Notes under the pieces: model-generated
Told to the model about the DNA's origin: nothing
Database searches by the model: none
The model's input: the letters and a program-made list of their open reading frames with translations, nothing else
Made by a program: the position numbers and the translations under genes
Part shown: positions 10,617 through 22,435 of the stretch, in pieces
Numbering within the stretch: the stretch's first letter is position 1
How the letters are laid out: each line of letters begins with the position of its first letter
Assembly: GCF_006345805.1 (NCBI RefSeq)
Contig: NC_042997.1
Span: forward strand, 194,494,001-194,558,000
Source: Octopus sinensis
Lineage: Eukaryota
Length of the DNA stretch: 64,000 nt
Direction: 5' to 3'

Positions 10617-10871
10617 ACTAAAGTCTTCAAGGAGGTGCACCAGCATGGCCACAGTCCAATGATTGAAACAAGTAAAAGAAATAAAATGGTTCATTATTTT
10701 TCTCAACAAAAATACGACCTCGTAGGTTTATAGGTAGTTGCAATTCACCTATAGAGGCCCCTTCTATTTCTGGACATTGAAAAAAAAAAGGATAAACCAT
10801 GTAAACTCATGAGGCCGGTTTCTCGGATTCTGTGGCGTATATGCCCCTACTAGGACGGGACGCCGCATGAA

Positions 10872-11790
10872 CAGCTTTGCCGTGTAACTTTTAGAGGGCC
10901 CCTTGCAACTTTTTATTTTGAGGTCCCATCCCTTCAAGCAAAATTCATAATCTACGCACCTTTTATTCATGGCTATATTTTACTTTATTTTGCCTGAAGT
11001 TCAATATTTAACTTGTACTTTAAGGTCTATTACAAATTTCAAGAAGTAAAACTTCCAATTATGAATAAAAGAGCACTTTTATAATCCAGGCAACTTTCAA
11101 AGATAAACACGGCACACTTTTCGCTTTGCGAAATCATTGTTCAGTTCAGAATAATCAAGCTGAGAGCTAAGTTCGTGTTCAATAGATGGTTCCAGGTTCA
11201 GTCCCACTGCGTGGCACCTTGGGCAAGTGTCTTCTAGTAGAGCCTCGGGTTGACCAAAGCCTTGTGAGTGGATTTGGTAGACGGAAACTGAAAGAAGCCC
11301 GTCGTATATATGTATATATGTATGTGTGTGTATATGTTTGTGTGTCTGTGTCTGTCCCCCCCAACATCGCTTGACAACCGATGCTGGTGTGTTTACGTCC
11401 CCGTAACTTAGCGGTTCGGCAAAAGAGACCGATAGAATAAGTACTAGGCTTACAAAGTATAAGTCCTGGGGTCTATTTGCTCGACTAAAGGCAGTGCTCC
11501 AGCATGGTCACAGTCACATGACTGAAACAAGTAAAAGAGTAATCCACAAAAGTCTGGTACACGTTTGTGGTACAATGTAATATTTTTTACAGGTGTGAAC
11601 TTTTTACAGGTACAATGTATTATCATTTTATTTCTTGAAATTTTCAGTTAGCATAGTTTGAATTCTTGTTCAACATCTTAACCAAAGTAAACAGACGATT
11701 CATCTACGTACTTTGATCTTGACATGGGACCCCTCAACCGCGGAGGCCCCCTGCGACCGCAGGGCTTGGCGAGGCTTAGCGACGGCTCTG
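10872..11790. mobile_element. hAT-like non-autonomous element with 8-bp TSD, containing a SINE A (11178-11540)
   Basis: CAG...CTG ends. Flanks CGCATGAA / CGCATGAT. It interrupts a minus-strand SINE C-like copy. Confidence 0.6.
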
Positions 11791-12365
11791 CGCATGATTA
11801 CTCATTTTTGCCAGCTGAGTGGACTGGAGCAACGTAAAGTGAAACTAAAAAACGCAACGCACCGCCCGGTTCAAGAACCGAAACCACAATCGGTACAACA
11901 CATTTCTGGTGAGAATATCTGTGCATACGATCAACCGGCAGCATCCCAACCCTTAAAGTTAGGGTTTAGGGTTAGGGCTATTTAACCTCAGATCAACAGC
12001 GAGCGAGGAAACCAACAATTAAAGGCTTTCTAGCCAGGGTTACGTTTCACTTATTTCAGTCATTAGAGATCTCCAGGTTCAAATTCTTGAACGGCTGCAG
12101 TTGCTGTTGAGCGAAAGGTCTTCGTCCCAGAGCTCGCAAGATCGCGCCTCTGTAGTGGGAGAAGTCCGAAACGTGGTCCTTTGCTATTCGTAAGACCCGT
12201 AGAAGAGAGCACCACCTTGAACCTTTTTTGTCGAATGAATCAACCCCAGTACTTATTTTTTAAAGCCTGGCACTTATTCTATCGGTCTCCTCTGCCGAAC
12301 CGCCAAGTTACGAGAACGCAAACACACCAACACCGGTTGTCAAGCGGTGGTGGGGGAAACACTAT

Positions 12366-12585
12366 GGCGGCGAGCTGGCAGAAACGTTAGCACGCCGGGC
12401 GAAATGCGTAGCCGTATTTCGTCTGCCGTTACGTTCTGAGTTCAAATTCCGCCGAGGTCGACTTTGCCTTTCATCCTTTCGGGGTCGATAAATTAAGTAC
12501 CAGTTACGCACTGGGGTCGATATAATCGACTTAATTCTTTGTTTGTCCTCTCTGTGTTTAGCCCCTTGTGGGTAGTAAAGAAATA
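12366..12585 (+). mobile_element. SINE family B monomer with TSD
   Basis: Full head to AAAGAAATA. TSD GGTGGTGGGGGAAACAC / GGTAGTGGGAGAAACAC, inside a SINE A copy. Confidence 0.88.
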
Positions 12586-12855
12586 GGTAGTGGGAGAAAC
12601 ACACACACACACACACACATATATATAAATTTAAAGAAGATAAGAAAATAGAGTTAATTTATTAATTAAAAAAACTATTTATTTATTATCTCCCTATTTT
12701 CTTATCTTCTTTAAATATAGATAAACCACGGTTTATCTAGTTACCTTGCAGCTGAATATTAATTGTAATATCCAACACTTTTTGAATAGGTAACAAACCA
12801 GTATTTTCGTTGGATCTTATTATCCCTTAATGAAGTTTGTAACCTTTATTTGAAC

Positions 12856-12894
<39 letters not shown>

Positions 12895-12900
12895 TATATA

Positions 12901-13869
12901 TCTATATATATAAAACTGTTGTTGTGCGAGTGTCTGTCTCCTTCGATTTAGATTCCTAACTACTCCCACATTTTGCGGTGCAGTTTAGCCAAATTCGGGT
13001 ATCTTATAGTCGTGATTCATATCGAGCCCGTCTGAGTATTAGCGCGCGTCTACGATGAGTCTACGATTTAAAAAATAATTTAACATCATTTTTTATTCCA
13101 TTTTAATGCATAATTTTTCGTGTGTCGATGGTGGCGGAGTTGGCGTCCATGGTCACACCTGCACCTGTTTGCTTCTCCCCCTTCTTCCCTCCCTCGTGAA
13201 GCTGCGGGGAAGGGAGTGTAAGGAAATCAACGTCGTAAAGCGTTGTCAAGGAGACCAGCGTTCTTTTAGAACAACGACTTCATGGCTTGAAGACACCAAA
13301 ACAGAAATGGCTAAGAAAGCCCGAATTGGCATCTATAAGGGAAGTAACTCTCTAAAAATGCTTATATAGTTATTTCCCTTACAAACCCGAGCAACGCCGG
13401 GCGATACTGCTAGTATCTTTATATATAAAAGTGAGGTTGTGTGTCTGTCTCCTACGATTTAGATTCCTAACTACTCCCACATTTTGCGTTGCAGTTTAAC
13501 CAAAACCGGGTATCTTATAGTCGTGATTCATATCGAGCCCTTCTGGGTATTAGCGCACGTCTACGATTTAAAAAAAAATTACCATCATTTTTTCCATTTT
13601 AATGCATTTTTTCGCTATTATATAAGGGAAGTAACTCTCTAAAAATGTCAACGATTTAAAAAAAATTACCATCATTTTTTTCCATTTTAATGCATTTTTT
13701 CGCTATTATATAAGGGAAGTAACTCTCTAAAAATGTCAACGATTTAAAAAAAAAATTACCATCATTTTTTTTCCATTTTTAATGCATTTTTTTGCTATTT
13801 TTTTGGCTATAACTCTCTAATATAGTTATTTCCCTTACAAACCCGAGCAACGCCGGGCGATACTGCTAG
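12901..13869 (+). mobile_element. Two head-to-tail non-autonomous Helitrons (12901-13413, 13416-13869)
   Basis: Each has a 5' TC+TATATATAAAA and a 3' CCCGAGCAACGCCGGGCGATACTGCTAG|T. Confidence 0.85.
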
Positions 13870-14128
13870 TATATATATGACACGGAGTAGTCGAAGCAGG
13901 GGCAGCTGAAGAAGGGGAATGTTCCTTGTGTTGTATGTCTTGTATTCTGTTTTTTCGTTGTTTGAAAAAGTCCGTTTCCATGTTTTTTGTGTTTATGTTT
14001 TCGTTTCTCGTTGTGTTCTACGGTTTTTGGTGGTGTCCTGTACTCACATATGCAAGTATATATACATATAGATCTAGGTATGTATATATATGTATGTATA
14101 TATGCATATGTTTTATTTACTAATTTGT

Positions 14129-14168
<40 letters not shown>

Positions 14169-14739
14169 GACAGGTTTCTTTCAGTTTCCATCTACCAAAT
14201 CCACTCACAAGGCTTTGGTCGGCCCGTGGCTATAGTAGAAGATACTTGGCTAAGGCGACACGCAGTGGGACTGAACATGGAACCATGTGGATGGGAAGCA
14301 AGTTTCTTACCATATGCAAGTTTCTTGCACATATGCCTTTTGTTTTTCTTTTCTTTCTTTTTTTTAGCGATATTTAAGATTAAATTTTGTGTCCTGTCCT
14401 GATATAATGTGGGGATGCAGAAAAATTTCGCTGCTCTTTCCAGCAAGTCCAGCAACCACACAGAGAGAAAGAGAGAGAGGTGAGGAGAGAGAGACTTCCT
14501 CACTGGCTCGTCAACCCTCGGAGTTTATGAGAAAATATGTGTATACGTTTACTTCACAAAATTTAGCCAGTAACACCATACCACGTGAGAATAGCTAGTA
14601 AACATCACAGTCCTTTCCTGATGTAATGTGGAATGCGGAGAGAAATTTGGCTGCTATTTCTAGCAGATCCAGCGATCACATAAAGGCTTCCTCGTTGGCT
14701 TGTCAATCCTTGGGTTTATTAGAAAATATGCGTACACAA

Positions 14740-16253
14740 GGCGGCGAGCTGGCAGAAACGTTAGCACGCCGGGCGAAATGCTTTGCTTGTATCTCGTCTG
14801 CCGCTACGTTCTGGGTTCAAATTCCGCCGAGGTCGACTTTCATCCTTTCGGGGTCGATTAAATAAGTACCAGTTACGCACTGGATCGATATAATCGACTT
14901 AGTAGCTATGTCTGTCCTTATTTGTCCCCTCTATGTTTAGCCCCTTGTGGGTAATAAAGAAATAGGTATTTCGTCTGCCGCTACGTTCCGAGTTCAAATT
15001 CCGCCGAGGTCGACTTTGCCTTTCATCCTTTCGGGGTCGATAAATTAAGTAACAGTTACGCACTGGGGTCGATGTAATCGACTTAATCCGTTTGTCTGTC
15101 CTTGTTTGTCCCCTCTGTGTTTTAACCCCTTGTGGGTAGTAAAGAAATAGGTATTTCGTCTGTCTTTACGTTCTGAGTTCAAATTCCGCCGAGGTCGACT
15201 TTGGCTTTCATCCTTTCGGGGTCGATAAATTAAGTACTAGTTACGCACTGGGGTCGATGTAATCGACTTAATCCATTCGTCTGTCCTTGTTTGTCCTCTC
15301 TGTGTTTAGCCCCTTGTGGGTAGTAAAGAAATAGGTATTTCGTCTGCCACTACGTTCTGAGTTCAAATTCCGCCGAGGTCGACTTTGCCTTTCATCCTTT
15401 CGGGGTCGATAAATTAAGTAACAGTTACGCACTGGGGTCGATGTAATCGACTTAATCCGTTTGTCTGTCCTTGTTTGTCCCCTCTGTGTTTTAACCCCTT
15501 GTGGGTAGTAAAGAAATAGGTATTTCGTCTGTCTTTACGTTCTGAGTTCAAATTCCGCCGAGGTCGACTTTGGCTTTCATCCTTTCGGGGTCGATAAATT
15601 AAGTACTAGTTACGCACTGGGGTCGATGTAATCGACTTAATCCATTCGTCTGTCCTTGTTTGTCCTCTCTGTGTTTAGCCCCTTGTGGGTAGTAAAGAAA
15701 TAGGTATTTCGTCTGCCACTACGTTCTGAGTTCAAATCCCGCCGAGGTCGACTTTGCCTTTCATCTTTCGGGGTTGACAAATTAAGTACCAGTTACGCAC
15801 TGAGGTCGATATAATCGAATTAATCCGTTTGTCTGTCCTTGTTTGTCCTCTCTGTGTTTAGCCCCTTGTGGGTAATAAAGAAATAGGTATTTCGTCTGCC
15901 GCTACGTTCCGAGTTCAAATTCTGCCGAGGTCGACTTTGCCTTTCATCCTTTCGGGGTCGATTAAATAAGTACCAGTTACGCACTGGTGTCGATATAATC
16001 GAATTAATCCGTTTGTCTGTCCTTGTTTGTCCTCTCTGTGTTTAGCCCCTTATGGGTAATAAAGAAATAGGTATTTCGTCTGCCGCTACGTTCCGAGTTC
16101 AAATTCTGCCGAGGTCGACTTTGCCTTTCATCCTTTCGGGGTCGATTAAATAAGTACCAGTTACGCACTGGTGTCGATATAATCGAATTAATCCGTTTGT
16201 CTGTCCTTGTTTGTCCTCTCTGTGTTTAGCCCCTTGTGGGTAATAAAGAAATA
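14740..16253 (+). repeat. SINE B multimer: one full copy plus seven headless 183-185-bp units
   Basis: Units restart at GGTATTTCGTCTG at 14965, 15150, 15334, 15519, 15703, 15886 and 16070. The whole block is flanked by TSD TATTAGAAAATATGCGTACA. Confidence 0.93.
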
Positions 16254-16619
16254 GATATTAGAAAATATGCGTACATATCCACCCCACAGAACCAAACCCG
16301 GATAGAACCGAATCCTAGCCACGTGAGAACAGCTAATAAAGTTTACACAGTAATCTTCCATTTAAGTTTTTTTTTTTGTCAGGTTCACTCAAGCAATCCG
16401 TGTATCCAACCTGCCAGTCATACATAGCCAAGATTACTCAGCCACGCTGATACAGTTGTCAGTCCATGCGACAACCTTCCCAAAGCCTGTCAATGGAGGT
16501 TGGAGAGAGAGGAGATACGAGTAGACTATTCAGACAGTCACTGTCTACCTTATTAAACAATGCTATGCTTGTTTTATACAATGTTGATAGACATGGTTAA
16601 GTCTGTCACTGCAATCGCC

Positions 16620-18220
16620 TTCCCTCACTCACTTCTCTCTGTTTTTATCTAACAATCCCTTCCATCACACCCTTGTATAAGTCTCTCTTCTCTTCATTTT
16701 CTACCTTTCCTTTCCCCCCTCACCTCTTTAAATCCTTCTATTTCTCTCTCTCTCTCTCTCTCTCTATTACTCTTGCCCTCTCTGTCTTTTCTTTTCTCTC
16801 TATAGTTATTCCTCTCTCCCTTATTCTCATTCTGTCGCTTCTTATTCTGTCATTTCTTGTATAAGTCTCTCTTTTCTTGATTTTCTACCTTTCCTTTCCG
16901 CCTCACCTCTTTAAATCCTTCTATTTCTCTCTCTCTCTCTCTCTGTATTTCTCTTGCCCTCTCTGTCTTTTCTTTTCTTTCTATAGTTATTCCTCTCTCT
17001 CTTATTCTTATTCTGTCATTCTGTCTTTTCCCTGTCCGCCTTTCTATATTATATCTAGCTCCTTTCCCCGTCCTTTATCCTTTTACTCTTTCCCCCAAAA
17101 CTTTCCTTCCTCCCCCTCTCTCTCATACACATACTCCCACACACACACACACACACATACATACACACACATACACACGCATACCTGTGTGAATTCAGAA
17201 TCAAGCTGAAAGAAAACTAAGGTCCTGTATGTTTGTTTCCAGTGACAAATGTACACAATGTAGTTATAAATATTATATTTGTAATATCCGACGACATAGT
17301 AGGAAAAAAAATCCAGCTATCAATCAGACAGTAAAGATTTTATTCTCATTCCCAGTATTATAAAGAAACAAAAGCTCTGTCCCTCCTCCTGCCACTACAC
17401 CCACTCACCGTCCATTCTATTATCTTTCTAGCTTTCCTCCCCTTCGTCAACCCCCCTTCTAGCCATTCTATCATTTCAGGTCCACGCCCTCTCTTACCTC
17501 TCTTCTTCTTTTCCCTCTTTCTTTCTCTTTTATTCTGAGTGCTCTCCCTTCCCCTACCTTTTCCTTCCTTTCCTCATTTCTTTCTCTAGTTTCCTTATCT
17601 TTCTCTCCTCCCCTCTGCACCCTCTCTCACTTTGTCTATATCTTTCTTACCCTCCCCCACTTCCTCTATTTGTCTCCTCCTTTTCTCACCTCTCTCCTAC
17701 TCCCTCATCTTCTCTAGTCTTTCTTCTCCATTCTTTTCTCTCTCCCTTCTTTTCCCCTCACTCTCTCTCTCTCTCTTATCTTAACTTTCTCTTACTCTCT
17801 ATATTTCACTCTTGTACTCTTTTCTCCCCCTCCTGTCCCTTCCCTTCATCTTATCTCTCTCTATCTCTGCCTTACTTTTTTCATACTCCCTCCTACTTTG
17901 TGTTATACTCTAGCTCTCTTCCTCTTTCTTTCTCCTCCCTGTCTTTTCTCTCACTTTCTCTCCTTATTTCTCTTATACTTTCGCTGTCTTTCTCCTCCTC
18001 CTCCTCCTATGTTAACTCCACGCTTTCTCTCTTTCCCTAGCTGTCTCTCTGTCTTCTTTCGTTCTCCCTCACACACAACTCTCTCTTTATCTTACCTTTC
18101 TCCAACTCACTTTCACTCTCTCTCTCTTTCCATTTCATTCTCCCCCCCCCGTTGTTTTCCCCTCCTTCTCTTACTTTCCTCCCACTCCGTCTAACTTTCC
18201 ATCTCCCCCCTATCCCCCTC
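16620..18220. repeat. Polypyrimidine (CT-rich) low-complexity region with an internal ~185-bp duplication
   Basis: Strong C/T skew on the + strand. CTTGTATAAGTCTCTCTT.. occurs at 16672 and 16856. Confidence 0.85.
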
Positions 18221-18982
18221 TATATAATCATATATGAAGTCACTTGTTGACTGTGGCAAGCCTCTCTGCTCTTTTGTCACCACTGATTGTATTTCCTCAT
18301 TTTCTGTCCTTCTCGTAAACATACCTGGAGAGAAATGGTGTACAAACTTAAGTTGGGATAGAGGAAACCTTTCTCACCGAAGGTAAGATGGTATATTTTG
18401 TTTCTATGGTATCTCTGGACATAAAAAAACTGGTGATTTTACAATCCAAACCTACAACTATCGGACATAAAAGAGAATATTGGAGACAGAAACTCTCTCG
18501 TAAATCTTGTTATCTTGTTGCTAAGATATAACTATTACTTCCTTGATAGAATATACGGGTTTTTAAATTGTTTTAGTTATACGGACTTGGTAGTTTCAAG
18601 TACTTGATAAATGTTGTATAGAGTTTATTCTTTCGAAGTTGGTGATTCATTCTGTCTCAGTCTAAAGTTTTTTTTTTTGCTGTGTGATATCAACCTTTCC
18701 TCTGCTCGAAGGATCGCATGTAAATGAGAGATATTGTGTGTATCAACAGGATGAAACCACCTGCTTCGAACGACATACATACATGTATACATATATCCGT
18801 CGTATATACACATATCTGTCGTATATTGTCCAGGTGCACTTCGGCTTTAATTCTAATTCACTCTCATAGACTCCGCATATTTTTACACACATACACAACA
18901 ACACTATATTCACGTACAAACACCTCAGTCTATAGTTTACTTTTGGTTAAGCCTAAGTTATTAAGCTAATTGCAATTGTACA

Positions 18983-19282
18983 TATCTATCTATCTGTCTG
19001 TCTGTCTGTCTATCTGTCTGTCTCTCTATCTATCTATTTGTCTGTCTCTCTATCTATTTATCTATCTGTCTATCTATCTATCTATCTATCTATATATCTA
19101 TCTATCTATCTGTCTGTCTGTCTCTCTGTATGTCTATCTGTCTGTCTGTCTCTCTGTATGTCTATCTGTCTGTCTGTCTCTCTGTATGTCTATCTATCTG
19201 TCTGTCTGTCTCTCTGTATGTCTATCTATCTGTCTGTCTGTCTCTCTGTATGTCTATCTATCTGTCTCTCTGTATGTCTATC

Positions 19283-19313
<31 letters not shown>

Positions 19314-19384
19314 CTGTCTGTCTCTCTATCTGTCTCTCTATCTGTCTCTCTATCTATCTATCTGTCTCTCTCTCTCTCTCTCTC

Positions 19385-19465
<81 letters not shown>
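18983..19465. repeat. Compound microsatellite (TCTA/TCTG, TC, TA, TG)
   Basis: Direct reading. Confidence 0.95.
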
Positions 19466-19468
<3 letters not shown>

Positions 19469-22435
19469 TTTTATGTATAGATATAATAATTTTACATTAA
19501 TCTCAGGGGTTGCTCTATATTTCTGTAGAGTACAAGTTTGTTTTTGAACAATATTGTTGACAATTACTTGGAAGTTTCGATCAGTTAAGCCATCGTCGGA
19601 ATAAAAATATATAGTGGCTTCCAGTTACGCTAGTTTCGAGATTTCTGAATAATATGTGTGTTATAGCATATCAAAAATCGACACCACTTACTCTATATAT
19701 TTTTGCCCTGGGCTGAATGGACTTTTCACAACCGTCTCAGAGTTCTCTATCAGATAATCCTTGCACTATATACATTACAATAATAAATATATGTGTGTAT
19801 GGCAGGGGTTTTGGTAAATTTTCTGAAAATTTACCAGGTTTTTCACATCAAAAATATCCTGCAGAATTGAATACACTATAATATAGAAGTGTGTATGTGT
19901 TTGTTTGTTATTATCAGCCCCAAGTCAGACCTGATCCAGCATTCATGATCAAAAGCCTTACAGCCGTGGCCAGCTTATCCTTTTCCTTGTATACAAGAAT
20001 CCCATGACAACATTTTTCTAGTGTCCCTGTTTAAGCTAGTGTGAGTGTCATTTTGAGGGAGGGAGGAGATTTGGCTGTTGTTTCTAACAGCTCGAACGAC
20101 CACGTAGAAGCACTCTGATACTGTTCTACATTAAGATGGTAATTTTCGGGACTGTCTCTATATTTTGTATATTATATAATGTATATATTGTGTAATATAT
20201 TATATAGTGTATATATTAACCTAATTGTTGATATGTAGATATAAAAATATTGTAATTATAGAATAAGTATTATGGTTGAGAAAATTCATAGATCGTAAAA
20301 ATACTCACTACCGACTAGATGTTTAACTGCTATGATAGATTATTGTTAATAATATATATTAATCATTAGTTAATTAATGATTAACTCTTAGTCCCACATG
20401 TTAGTTTTAATTGGGTATACCTACACAATTGGGTAAATTTACCCACAATTGTGCCCCTATATCCCGTAACTTAAAGAAAAATGGGTAAATGAATATTTTT
20501 TTAAATGAAATTTTCTACAAATAGGCACAAGTATGTGTAGTTGAGAGGCTTGTTTCCTAACCATGTGGTGTTGGATTCGGTCCCTCTGGGTGGCACATTG
20601 GGCAAGTGTCTTTTACTATAAACCTTGTGAGTGGATTTGGTGGTTGGAAACTGAAAGAAGCCCGTCGCGTGTGTCTGTGTGTGTGTTACGTTCGTCTATT
20701 GATGTTTGTTTGTTTATGTCCCCATGATTTAGCAAGTTCGACAAAAGAAACCTGTAGAATAAGTATGTTTTTTTTTTAAAATAATTACTGGGGTCGACCT
20801 GTTGGACTAAACCCGTCACGGTGGTGCCCCAGCATGGACGCAATCCAGTGGTTGAAACCAGTAAGAGAAACGATAAAGATAAGTACATTTCTGGGAAAGA
20901 CTATTCTCTCTCTCTCTCTCTCTCTCTCTCGCTCACTCACTCACTCACTCGCTCGCTCACTCACTCACTCACTCACACACACACACACACACACAAAATG
21001 CATAAGCATAAGCGATTCGGTAGTTTTGATAGACTTTCTCCGAAAGATCGCCCTAGTCCCCTTCTCGAAATTGTTTACCTTGTGCCAAAATTTGAAACCA
21101 ATAATTATTGATACCTTACAAAGCTCAGGTGAAGCCCACAAAATGAGGTTCTCTCACATTTAGGACGGTGCTGCTGCATACGCGAACCTTCCCCCAATTT
21201 CTTAATTTTTCACCTTTTTTCCATAACCCTAACGTTGGTGTAGATTTGGATTATATTGGAATTTGTAGTGAACATTTTCTCCCGCTGTGAGTTTCAGATG
21301 ATTCCCACACTTGGAAAGTTTCTTTTGAGGACTATTCCATTCTTTCTCCTCCAGAATTAGTTAAATGAATGTATTTTGATAAAATGAAATATTCTAAAGG
21401 TAATGGCATAATTTGAAGAAAATAATTAGAGGTTGACTAATTGGAGTGACTATTTTGGTCCGCTAGAGGTCTTGGAATTTATATTCATATAATAAATCCT
21501 TAAAGGGAAAGGATGAAATAATCCTCAAAAGTGATTTCTTTTTCAACATAATTCTTTCTATTAAAGGCACAATTATTATTGCATCTTTTGTCTTGGGTGG
21601 GTCATTACGCCAAAGTAAACACAAAAACTAAGTATTGTTGCATTTGTTATTCAGTATAAACAAACACTTGTTTAATCCTTAGTAATCTCTGATCTAGCCG
21701 TATTGTCAAAGGTCTTCCAGCCAAAACCATCTTGTCTTCCTTTTTTATATATATCGCGATATATTGTCCCTTATATAAAGCCACCCATATGTGTGCTGTG
21801 TCATTTCTTTACTTCTTCTGCTGCTACAATAAACAGTCTTTGCTCTTCAGAATAGACATTCCCGTCTCACTACTGCTTTCACCTTTCATCACTCTTGTAG
21901 TCCGCACCACTCGTTTTCCAGGTCGATTCTGTGGAAACCCGCCTCTGTTCCTGTAGGCGATGGCTTGCTAAGATCCAGGTGAAACCGTTAGTAGCCATAA
22001 ATTCCACCGGTTTAGGTGAGCCTGCAAGTAGAAAATAAACCCTCCATAACTGGGGTTTCATTTGAAGAAGATTTAGCTACTGTTTCTAACATATCGAACG
22101 ACCAGATAGGTCCCCCCCATTGGCTAAACCTCGATCGAGCTTAACCTATGATCAAAAGCGTTCCGGCTGTGTACATTCATTATTACTCATCTATATCTAC
22201 AATATCTGGTTCTATTGTTAAAGATAAAAGGTAAAAATTATGCAAGTGTTGAGTAATTGCGTGGGGCAGAGACATAAGGCCAGCAGTTTTGAGGGAAGGG
22301 GGTTTTCATCGATTGAATCGACCGCAATACTTAAGACTGGTTGTTTATTTTGTCAACCGGGAGGGATAACCGGAAATACATATTGAACAGTGACAGTGGT
22401 GAGTAATATTGTTGTATTGCTTCACTTATTGAAAA

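Noticed and set aside
11955-11980. Interstitial telomere or fusion site
   Set aside because: Only about three imperfect TTAGGG units, and similar short runs lie inside MITEs elsewhere in the window.
14740-16253. CRISPR array
   Set aside because: Whole ~184-bp units repeat with no variable spacers, there are no cas genes, and the context is eukaryotic SINE sequence.
18970-19547. Long ORFs of 116-169 aa
   Set aside because: They are translations of TCTA/TCTG/TA/TG microsatellites.
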